DNA of 64,000 nt, taken from the sequence record MK373774.1; one strand, 5' to 3'. The notes below the pieces were generated by a model, which saw only the letters and a list, made by a program, of their open reading frames with translations, did not search any database and was not told the origin of the DNA. This DNA is from Escherichia phage vB_EcoM_WFL6982. The first letter of the stretch is position 1, and each line of letters begins with the position of its first letter. The translations under genes and the position numbers were made by a program. Positions 30,068 through 39,269 of the stretch are shown here, piece after piece.

Positions 30068-30085
30068 GGGAGACCGAAGTCTCCC
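30068..30085 (-). terminator. Terminator hairpin gggagac-cgaa-gtctccc + T-run (minus)
   Basis: Immediately downstream of 59-aa basic ORF stop. Confidence 0.6.
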
Positions 30086-30090
30086 TAAAA

Positions 30091-30270
30091 TTATGCAACA
30101 ACCTTTCCAAAACGAGAAGCATCATCTCGAAGAACTGCACGTGCTCTGCGCATGATCTTCTCAACTGTTTGATTAATACGAGAGTTCGACCCACGCTTGT
30201 ATCCAGCGCGTTTAGAGGTACCATCAACTTTCTTTTCAACTGCTTTCTTTGCTTTAGCTTGTTTTGCCAT
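30091..30270 (-). CDS. Hypothetical small Lys/Arg-rich protein (59 aa), not in ORF track
   Basis: Manual translation MAKQAKAKKAVEKKVDGTSKRAGYKRGSNSRINQTVEKIMRRARAVLRDDASRFGKVVA; ATG to TAA; terminator follows. Confidence 0.5.
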   Translation of the reverse strand: MAKQAKAKKAVEKKVDGTSKRAGYKRGSNSRINQTVEKIMRRARAVLRDDASRFGKVVA

Positions 30271-30565
30271 TATAAATTCTCTTTAAATGAAAATGCAGGA
30301 CTTATTGACATTGCCTGCGCAAGCCCTCAAGGGGAACATAGGTTTTGGATATTTAACGACAGGATAACCATAAACCCGTCATCATACCAACCACGACTTA
30401 GACAGATAACCTTTTTCTGACGCGTGATAGTACAAAATACATTCAAGAGGTACACCGTAAAACTGCCGGGGCCTTAAAACTATAATGATTCGCAAATCAT
30501 TAATCAGACAGTTCGACGGCTCCTCGATTTTCTAGCCGCACTTAAGGTAGCGAATCACCTAAAAC

Positions 30566-30814
30566 TTATTTAAGGGTAATAACAAAATGACGTACTGCTT
30601 TACGAGCTGCAGAAGCCAAAGGCTTAGCATATTTCAGTTCATCTTTTGCTTCCAGTTCAGAGGCCAAAGCTGCCTGTACCGGGTTCAGATGTTTGAAATA
30701 ATGCAGGATTTCCAGTGCTTCGGCTTCAACATCAATCGACGCGCCGTAGTTTTCGTGACCGTTATTCCATGCGTTTCGTTGCAGTTCAAGAGCGTGTTGT
30801 AATTGTTTAATCAT
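30566..30814 (-). CDS. rIII: rIII lysis-inhibition accessory protein (by position and size)
   Basis: 82 aa (T4 rIII length), immediately downstream of gene 31. Confidence 0.65.
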   Translation of the reverse strand: MIKQLQHALELQRNAWNNGHENYGASIDVEAEALEILHYFKHLNPVQAALASELEAKDELKYAKPLASAARKAVRHFVITLK

Positions 30815-30930
30815 TTTAAATTCTCAATTCGAGATAATATTTAGTAGCCACGTTCGTCTGAATTTCACCTTCTTTCGACAAGTCTCTCAGTTGTAGGCTA
30901 CCGCTTAGAAGAGTGTTCTCTTCATATAGT

Positions 30931-30938
30931 TATTTATA
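30931..30938 (-). promoter_or_regulatory. Late promoter TATAAATA (minus strand) upstream of rIII
   Basis: Plus-strand tatttata just after gene 31 stop. Confidence 0.4.
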
Positions 30939-31271
30939 TCACTTATAAAGACACGGAATAGCTTTATAGTGGCATGTTACGAATTTCTGTTTAATTTCTT
31001 TAGGTTGTTTAAGTCCCAAAGCCACAAATGGATGTGGAACATTTCGAATTTGTCCAACTGGTAGTGGAGTCAAATCACCGACTTCAACAAAACCTTCAGG
31101 AACATCAGGACCTACAGAATGAACTACACATAGTTCAGGAACTTCACCTTGAACACGTTTACCAATCACAAGTCCTGATTCGGTAACTTCTTCATCACCT
31201 GCTTGAGCGGGTTCAGAAACCAGAATGACATATTCACCAACAGCACGAATTGGGAGTTGTACTTCAGACAT
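30939..31271 (-). CDS. 31: Co-chaperonin for GroEL (gp31)
   Basis: 110 aa; [34 protein letters not shown] matches T4 gp31. Confidence 0.92.
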   Translation of the reverse strand: MSEVQLPIRAVGEYVILVSEPAQAGDEEVTESGLVIGKRVQGEVPELCVVHSVGPDVPEGFVEVGDLTPLPVGQIRNVPHPFVALGLKQPKEIKQKFVTCHYKAIPCLYK

Positions 31272-31289
31272 CTTATTTCCTTGTTGTTT

Positions 31290-31328
31290 GACGATAGATT
31301 AATAATACCATACTATTCGTAAAGCATA
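31290..31328 (-). promoter_or_regulatory. Middle promoter (MotA box TGCTTTA) upstream of gene 31
   Basis: Minus strand tatgctttacgaatagtatggtattatta. Confidence 0.45.
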
Positions 31329-31637
31329 TTACATAAGAAGCAAACGTTCTACCGGAGTACCATCAACCGAAATTACTTTATCAAGGCGGAAAGAACGCCA
31401 CTGACCTAACTTGGTATCGAATGCTCGAACTGATTCACGAGGTTCAGAACGAACTTCTGATGCCGGATTGTTATTTTCATATTTGACTTCAAGTTCATCG
31501 CGAGAAGCAAACATAGTGCGTACCTCACCGTTAGCCTTTTCAAATACAACACAATGAACGCCTACAGACAGAATAGTTTTAATACGTTCACGAAGAACCA
31601 TAGTTTCTTGTTCAGTTAAAATCATATTATTCACCAC
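31329..31637 (-). CDS. Hypothetical protein (31.1 position)
   Basis: 102 aa ORF between cd and gene 31. Confidence 0.55.
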   Translation of the reverse strand: MVNNMILTEQETMVLRERIKTILSVGVHCVVFEKANGEVRTMFASRDELEVKYENNNPASEVRSEPRESVRAFDTKLGQWRSFRLDKVISVDGTPVERLLLM

Positions 31638-32208
31638 AAAAGTTTCGGATTTGTTCCCAATTCAGAGAACGAAGATTATTACGAGAGTACTGAATTACTT
31701 CAATACCGGCTTGTTTTAGAATGTCTGCCCAATTTTCAGGAGATCGGTCGTATAATTCTGCATATACAACCTTTTTAATACCTGACTGTGTAATAGCTTT
31801 AGTGCAATCAGGACACGGAGAAAGCGTCGTATATAACGTAGCACCTTCAATAGAATTACCTTTACGAGCTGCAAATAAAATTGCATTCAGTTCAGCATGG
31901 ATTTCATTATTAGCAGACCATGCACTATGAGCGGCCCGATGTTCTTTAGCCAAAACAAAATTATCCACCCGTCCAAATGCTGTAGTGCCTTCTTTATGCC
32001 CAGCAACGATGACCGGGCTTGGTTTATTCTTCAACCAACCGTTTTCGGATGCATGTTCGCAACAGTTTGTACCACCTGAAGGAGAGCCATTATAACCTGT
32101 AGAAATAATGCGTCCATCTTTTTCAATGACGGCGCCAACTTTCCATGAACAACATTTTGATTCTTGAGAAATCAGATATGCAATCTGAAGGTATGTGCTA
32201 GCTTTCAT
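31627..32208 (-). CDS. cd: dCMP deaminase
   Basis: 193 aa; zinc-binding deaminase motifs HAE...PCxxC. Confidence 0.92.
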   Translation of the reverse strand: MKASTYLQIAYLISQESKCCSWKVGAVIEKDGRIISTGYNGSPSGGTNCCEHASENGWLKNKPSPVIVAGHKEGTTAFGRVDNFVLAKEHRAAHSAWSANNEIHAELNAILFAARKGNSIEGATLYTTLSPCPDCTKAITQSGIKKVVYAELYDRSPENWADILKQAGIEVIQYSRNNLRSLNWEQIRNFCGE

Positions 32209-33200
32209 TATTGAACCTTATTAATATAAGTTAACAGCTCTTTAGTTTGTTCCCAACTGATGCACGCATCGGTAACGGAAACGCCATAGGACATATTATC
32301 AGAAATTTTTTGATTTCCTTCATGTAGGAACGATTCTATCATAATTCCTTTGACCAAATCATTAGCTGCTAAATTTTTACCAATACCAATTTGATTGCTA
32401 TAATGCCCATCAGCGTTTGCATGGCTACAGTCAACCATTACATAATGATTCAGACCTACTGCCCTTGCTTTGTTAGAAGCTTCTTGAATATCAGAAGAAT
32501 GATAGTTCGGGCCGTTGGTCCCGCCACGCAATACGATATGCGTATTCTGATTACCTTCAGCTTCAACAATGCCTACAGTACCATCGACGTCCATACCCAT
32601 ATACCGATGAGGCCAGGCGGCACTATACATCGCGTCTATAGCTACTTTAATAGAACCATTGGTTGCGTTCTTGAAGCCTACGCACATCGGTAGACCTGAA
32701 GCAATTTCACGATGTGTCTGACTTTCAGTCGTACGGGCGCCAATAGCAACCCATGAGAAAATACCAGAAAGATACTTAATCGTGAATGGGTCTAATACTT
32801 CAGTTGCTAATGGAAGTCCCATACGTAGAAGTTTACGACACAATGTTCGTGCAACTATAAGACCGTGGTTCATATCAAAACTTCCGTCAAGATATGGATC
32901 ATTTACAAGACCTTTCCAACCTACGGTAGTTCGAGGCTTTTCAAAATAAACGCGCATCACTAACAGAACATTAGGAAGACGAGTTTGAAGTTCAGCCAGA
33001 CGTTTGCCGTATTCAACAGCAGCAATAGGGTCATGAATTGAACAAGGACCTACAACGATAAGTTTGCGTGGGTCTTCACCATTCATAATCGAATTAACTT
33101 GTTCGCGATGAGAAGCCACTTGTGATGCGTAAGCTTCCGACAAAGGAATAATCTCAGCCAGTTCTTTTGGAGAAATAAGTTTTCCGACGACAGGTAACAT
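32208..33200 (-). CDS. 3-deoxy-D-arabino-heptulosonate-7-phosphate (DAHP) synthase, class I-alpha (AroG/AroF-like)
   Basis: 330 aa; motif blocks LIVVGPCSIHD, MRVYFEKPRTTVGWKGL, AIGARTTESQTHRE, VMVDCSHANA, IMIESFLHEGNQ, VSVTDACISWE; AGGA RBS; 1-nt coupling to cd. Confidence 0.9.
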   Translation of the reverse strand: MLPVVGKLISPKELAEIIPLSEAYASQVASHREQVNSIMNGEDPRKLIVVGPCSIHDPIAAVEYGKRLAELQTRLPNVLLVMRVYFEKPRTTVGWKGLVNDPYLDGSFDMNHGLIVARTLCRKLLRMGLPLATEVLDPFTIKYLSGIFSWVAIGARTTESQTHREIASGLPMCVGFKNATNGSIKVAIDAMYSAAWPHRYMGMDVDGTVGIVEAEGNQNTHIVLRGGTNGPNYHSSDIQEASNKARAVGLNHYVMVDCSHANADGHYSNQIGIGKNLAANDLVKGIMIESFLHEGNQKISDNMSYGVSVTDACISWEQTKELLTYINKVQ

Positions 33201-33208
33201 AACAATCC

Positions 33209-33334
33209 TTAGGAGATATAAACAGATTCTGATTCAACAATACCTTTAACCGGATTAGACAGGCTAAGTTGGTAGTGCTCAGATTTATGACCATTCTCGA
33301 TAGTAATGAGATAGCTCTCATTATAGTGTTCCAT
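33209..33334 (-). CDS. Hypothetical small protein (start uncertain)
   Basis: ORF-track 33209..33397 overlaps upstream gene; shortened to internal Met. Confidence 0.3.
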   Translation of the reverse strand: MEHYNESYLITIENGHKSEHYQLSLSNPVKGIVESESVYIS

Positions 33335-33557
33335 ATACTCGAGTTGCTTCAACAAGACCATCACTGCATAATTTAAGATTAGTAATTTGGTCACCATCTT
33401 TAGGATTAACGATTATGAGAAAAGAACGTGGAGATTCTTGAATAACTCGTAATGTTGCATCTTGGAAACGTTCAGACACTTTATTGATGAGTGCTTGAGC
33501 AAATTCTTTTACTTTAATCTGAAATTCGTGTACTGTAATTGGGTTTTCACTTAGCAT
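33321..33557 (-). CDS. Hypothetical early protein (cd-pseT ORFan cluster)
   Basis: 78 aa; preceded by early promoter and conserved leader ccaacaaatgaggaaa. Confidence 0.5.
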   Translation of the reverse strand: MLSENPITVHEFQIKVKEFAQALINKVSERFQDATLRVIQESPRSFLIIVNPKDGDQITNLKLCSDGLVEATRVYGTL

Positions 33558-33582
33558 TTCTATTTCCTCATTTGTTGGTAGA

Positions 33583-33616
33583 GTTATAGTATCACAACTC
33601 CACCATGTTGTAAACC
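33583..33616 (-). promoter_or_regulatory. Early promoter with spacer inverted repeat
   Basis: Minus strand gtttacaacatggtggagttgtgatactat. Confidence 0.5.
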
Positions 33617-33617
33617 A

Positions 33618-33893
33618 TTAAATTGCTTTGCATTCAATTTTTTGTGTACCGAAATTGATATCACATTGGATAACTAAATCGCCGTCAAGATCAAATACCA
33701 CGATGACGTGTGCAGACCCAGGGAGAAGAGTAATAGCAATAGAATCTACTTGGTCTGGGAGCAAAGCATTGAGTACATGAGTTACTTGAGCATGAACTCT
33801 GAGTTCGGCTGCATTATCAAGCACTTCAAACATATTATTAGCAATAATCTGACTGAAGACTACCTTTACAATTTCAGAATAAGTTGGGAACAT
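33618..33893 (-). CDS. Hypothetical protein (cd-pseT ORFan cluster)
   Basis: 91 aa ORF. Confidence 0.5.
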   Translation of the reverse strand: MFPTYSEIVKVVFSQIIANNMFEVLDNAAELRVHAQVTHVLNALLPDQVDSIAITLLPGSAHVIVVFDLDGDLVIQCDINFGTQKIECKAI

Positions 33894-33900
33894 AATTACC

Positions 33901-34125
33901 TCAGTGCACAGTATTTACTTTAACTCGAACAACAAATCGCTCGGTTGGTTCACCTACAGGAACAAACTCTACATGATATTCACCTTTGTAACGAGTATTC
34001 AGATCATTACGAATTCCTGCGAGTTTGTTGATTAATGTAGGACTCATATTAAGTCCCACTAGTTTACGAAGCATTTTGTATGCTTCATCTTCGATTTCAT
34101 GATGTTTATCGTACATAGTTTTCAT
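33901..34125 (-). CDS. Hypothetical protein (cd-pseT ORFan cluster)
   Basis: 74 aa ORF. Confidence 0.5.
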   Translation of the reverse strand: MKTMYDKHHEIEDEAYKMLRKLVGLNMSPTLINKLAGIRNDLNTRYKGEYHVEFVPVGEPTERFVVRVKVNTVH

Positions 34126-34297
34126 TTAACCATTCAATTGCCTGGTCGACGTTATCAAATATACCGCCGTCCAAACGTTCTTCATGCTCATAGTCCAGCA
34201 CATCAATACCGAACTGTCCATTTACTAAAGGCCAGGCAACAAACAAATATTCTTTATGCTGTTCGATGGCCTCAATCACTTCATATAATCGTTTCAT
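34106..34297 (-). CDS. Hypothetical acidic protein (cd-pseT ORFan cluster)
   Basis: 63 aa ORF coupled to pseT stop. Confidence 0.45.
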   Translation of the reverse strand: MKRLYEVIEAIEQHKEYLFVAWPLVNGQFGIDVLDYEHEERLDGGIFDNVDQAIEWLNENYVR

Positions 34298-35384
<1,087 letters not shown>

Positions 35385-35385
<1 letters not shown>

Positions 35386-35684
35386 TATTTGATTCCTAAG
35401 AAAGCTTCAAGAATACGAATGTTGAGTTCGCGCCGGTCTTTATTAATTTCAGCAACGTTTTTATTAATTGACGTACTTCTAACGTTTGAAGAAATAAATT
35501 TAATCATATGACTTTTGAGTTGTTGCAAATCCAACCCTTTTTCTTTAGCAGCTTTACGAAGAGCTTTACCTGCTTCATCTAGTGCCTTTGCTGCATCTTT
35601 GTCATAATCTACAAGTGTCATTCCACGGCAGATATCAATATACTCATCAGACCGTTTGATGTAATTCTCTAGTAATGTTTTCAT
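35385..35684 (-). CDS. Hypothetical protein
   Basis: 99 aa ORF preceded by early promoter. Confidence 0.5.
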
Positions 35685-35709
35685 TTAGATTTCCTCAATT
35701 ATCCATAGG

Positions 35710-35743
35710 AGCATTATACTCTGCTCCCGAGAGTTTGTAAACT
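35710..35743 (-). promoter_or_regulatory. Early promoter (-35 TTTACA, 17 nt, -10 TATAAT)
   Basis: Minus strand gtttacaaactctcgggagcagagtataat. Confidence 0.55.
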
Positions 35744-35966
35744 ATTTTACTAAAGATTCAATATACTCATGAAGAGCTTTAGTCGCTACTGCCCACTTAT
35801 TCTGATATTCATTTTTCAGATTAGCACGAGACTGAACTAACAAGCGGTCATTAGTCGGAGGCAAAGATTCTAATCGTTGAATCTGGCGTCCATAAATCAT
35901 AGCCGCCATTTCAGATTCATAGATAAGCCCTTTAATGTATTCATGCTGTTCTTTAGTCATTGGCAT
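35742..35966 (-). CDS. Hypothetical protein
   Basis: 74 aa ORF. Confidence 0.5.
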   Translation of the reverse strand: MPMTKEQHEYIKGLIYESEMAAMIYGRQIQRLESLPPTNDRLLVQSRANLKNEYQNKWAVATKALHEYIESLVK

Positions 35967-36247
35967 TTTTCCTCTTTTAAACCACTACGATAATAACATA
36001 ACATAGTCTTCTGGTCATGTATATATCTTTTTACGTCGTTTAACCAGATACGAAATTCTTGAGAGTCTTCAAATGGCATTCCAACCCACGGATTACCATC
36101 AATAACCTTTACTTGCCATTTCTGGTTGTATTCGGAAATAGGCGTAGGCCATGAAGGATGTAAAGTTTCTTTAGGGCTTACTGGCACATCCTGAGTACAT
36201 CCAACTAGGAGACCAATAGATAATACAGCCACAGTTAATTTAATCAT
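35957..36247 (-). CDS. Outer-membrane spanin lipoprotein (Rz1-like o-spanin)
   Basis: 96 aa; signal peptide plus lipobox LLVGC; adjacent to i-spanin; corresponds to T4 pseT.2 position. Confidence 0.7.
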   Translation of the reverse strand: MIKLTVAVLSIGLLVGCTQDVPVSPKETLHPSWPTPISEYNQKWQVKVIDGNPWVGMPFEDSQEFRIWLNDVKRYIHDQKTMLCYYRSGLKEEKCQ

Positions 36248-36600
36248 TCTGAGAGCTTCCTGAGGTCTTCTGCAAAGGAATCGAAGGACCTGTTGATTTG
36301 TTTTTCGACCAATCCTGGCTTACTTGCCACCACGTTCTTCTTCTTCGAATCCTTACGGAGCTTTTCATTTTCAGCCTTAAGTTGGTCAACTAAAACACGG
36401 TTCTTATAAGTCATTTCTTCGATTGACTGATATTGAATCTTGAAGTCGTCTAATACTTTAGCATTGTTTTTAGCAGTCTCTTTAACAGAAGCCAATTCAG
36501 TATTCAGCGAATCGACTTTATGGTTCAGAAATGCTATTGTTACAGTAGCAACAACTGCAAAAGCTGCCACTACAATATATGATGCATTTACTTTAAGCAT
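36244..36600 (-). CDS. Inner-membrane spanin (Rz-like i-spanin)
   Basis: 118 aa; N-terminal TMD YIVVAAFAVVATVTIAFL, then coiled-coil-like region; corresponds to T4 pseT.3 position. Confidence 0.7.
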   Translation of the reverse strand: MLKVNASYIVVAAFAVVATVTIAFLNHKVDSLNTELASVKETAKNNAKVLDDFKIQYQSIEEMTYKNRVLVDQLKAENEKLRKDSKKKNVVASKPGLVEKQINRSFDSFAEDLRKLSE

Positions 36601-37088
36601 GTTTGAATAATCTCAATGATTTCGTCTCGGGATAATCCATTGATAAGAACTGTTTTAGGCCCGTCAGTTTGGATTTTGTATGATTCAAACAATACACACA
36701 ACTCTTCTGCTGTATGATATGGGCTTGAGATTCCGAGACGGTTGAATTTGTCGGTAAGAGGGTCGCAAATAATATAGAATTTGATACCTGCGATATGTAC
36801 GTTTGGTTGACTAATATTAATGAACACATTAGCGTCATATTTAGTCAAATTGTTTTGAAGAAATTCTACCATAGAATTAACTGCTTCTGGCATCGCTTCG
36901 CGTTTCTCTTCAGCGTATCGGGTTGAATACTCTTTTTGTTTTACTTTCTTTTTAAGATTTTTGGCCAGTGTAACACGTAGGTCAGTAAGATAACCAACTG
37001 GACGTCCTTTCTTAAAGACCCGGATTCCGTCAGTTGTGTCTCCAAAAGCGTTTACGACCATATCGTTAGTAATCAATTGCATATTCAT
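36588..37088 (-). CDS. alc: Alc (inhibitor of host transcription on dC-DNA), by position and size
   Basis: 166 aa from internal ATG with GAGGAG RBS; ORF-track extension covers promoter/leader. Confidence 0.7.
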   Translation of the reverse strand: MNMQLITNDMVVNAFGDTTDGIRVFKKGRPVGYLTDLRVTLAKNLKKKVKQKEYSTRYAEEKREAMPEAVNSMVEFLQNNLTKYDANVFINISQPNVHIAGIKFYIICDPLTDKFNRLGISSPYHTAEELCVLFESYKIQTDGPKTVLINGLSRDEIIEIIQTCLK

Positions 37089-37114
37089 AATTTTCTCCTC
37101 GTGTTGTTGATAAA

Positions 37115-37148
37115 CCCATAGTATCACCATCCTTGGTGTTTGTAAACC
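37115..37148 (-). promoter_or_regulatory. Early promoter with spacer inverted repeat
   Basis: Minus strand gtttacaaacaccaaggatggtgatactatgg. Confidence 0.5.
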
Positions 37149-37149
37149 G

Positions 37150-38283
<1,134 letters not shown>

Positions 38284-38297
38284 TCAGTTAGTTTTTT

Positions 38298-38331
38298 TAA
38301 ATTGTACCACAATCCTTGTGGTATGTAAACT
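38298..38331 (-). promoter_or_regulatory. Early promoter (TTTACA ... TACAAT) with 8-bp spacer palindrome
   Basis: Minus strand gtttacataccacaaggattgtggtacaat. Confidence 0.5.
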
Positions 38332-38740
38332 ACTTTTTCTTATGTTGGATATTCCAAGGCGGGTTGAACTTTTTGATAAAAAGTGGTTCTTCAAGGTCCA
38401 TTGTTGCGATGGTCATTGAACCAAGTTCGTTGGTGACTGAAAGGTCAAAACATTGGCGGGCCCAGAATTCAACCTTTTTGCCTTGCATTAAGGCATCCAA
38501 AATCATAAGTGATTTTCTTGAATCTGAAGTCTGGTCTTTTCGATTTATGGCTGTTCGATAATAGTTAATGCGTTTCTTTAAATTCTTGGTTTTACCAATA
38601 TACACGAGTTCGTCATCTATAGCAATAGCATATATGACATTTTTCTTATTAGGGACATCAACTGTTTTAATTGTTGCATCTTCTAATAGCTCCAATTCTG
38701 TATATTTAATAAAGGAATATTCGGCGGCGATATCTTTCAT
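38330..38740 (-). CDS. denA: Endonuclease II (GIY-YIG family)
   Basis: 136 aa; VIYAIAIDDELVYIGKTKNLKKRINYYR GIY-YIG-type motif. Confidence 0.85.
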   Translation of the reverse strand: MKDIAAEYSFIKYTELELLEDATIKTVDVPNKKNVIYAIAIDDELVYIGKTKNLKKRINYYRTAINRKDQTSDSRKSLMILDALMQGKKVEFWARQCFDLSVTNELGSMTIATMDLEEPLFIKKFNPPWNIQHKKK

Positions 38741-38748
38741 AATAAAGT

Positions 38749-38762
38749 GGGACCGAAGTCCC
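38749..38762 (-). terminator. Hairpin gggacc-gaa-gtccc after nrdB
   Basis: Stem-loop just downstream of nrdB exon 2 stop. Confidence 0.5.
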
Positions 38763-38766
38763 GTCC

Positions 38767-39269
38767 TTAGAAATATTTTTTGTATGAATTGATTACATTT
38801 TGGTCTACATCATTATCAATTTGTGCGACAAGATAAGAACTGATTTCAACTTCCTGAGGAGCTGCTTGAACTAAATCAGAGTTCAGATATTCACGAATCC
38901 AAGGATACGGATGCTTGGTCGGAGCATCCGTAATTGGACATGGCAAACCACACTGTTTCATACGAGACACAGTCAAGTAATCAACAAAAGCACACATACT
39001 CTGCGTATTGATACCTGGACATGTACCATCTTTAAAGAGGTGTGCAGCCCATTCCTTCTCTTGACTATTTACTTCCATAAAAATGTCAACTGCTTCTTGT
39101 TCACATTCTTTAGCAATTTGAACCCACTCATCACCGTCAGTACCAGATTGAAGTTGACGGATAATGTACTGAGTACCCTTGAGATGGAGTTGTTCGTCAC
39201 GAGCAATGAACTTCATAATCTTTGCATTGCCTTCCATAATTTCCATATTCTTGTGGAAGTTAAAGGTAC
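38767..39269 (-). CDS. nrdB: Ribonucleotide reductase small subunit NrdB, exon 2
   Basis: Frame continues TFNFHKNMEIMEGNAKI...; joined to exon 1 gives FYVSFA-C-TFNFHKN, colinear with E. coli R2 FYVSFACSFAFAERELMEG. Confidence 0.85.

Noticed and set aside
30054-30239. 61-aa ORF from the six-frame track
   Set aside because: Out of frame with, and overlapping, the better-supported 59-aa basic ORF (30091..30270); it runs through the terminator hairpin
30505-30520. GTTCGA motif suggestive of a tRNA T-loop
   Set aside because: No complementary T-stem, acceptor stem or anticodon arm could be built around it; no tRNA in this window
32208-33200. Alternative reading of the DAHP synthase ORF as KDO-8-phosphate synthase (KdsA)
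   Set aside because: The motif blocks match class I-alpha DAHP synthases (AroG/AroF) nearly residue for residue, and the protein is the length of AroG-type enzymes rather than the shorter KdsA
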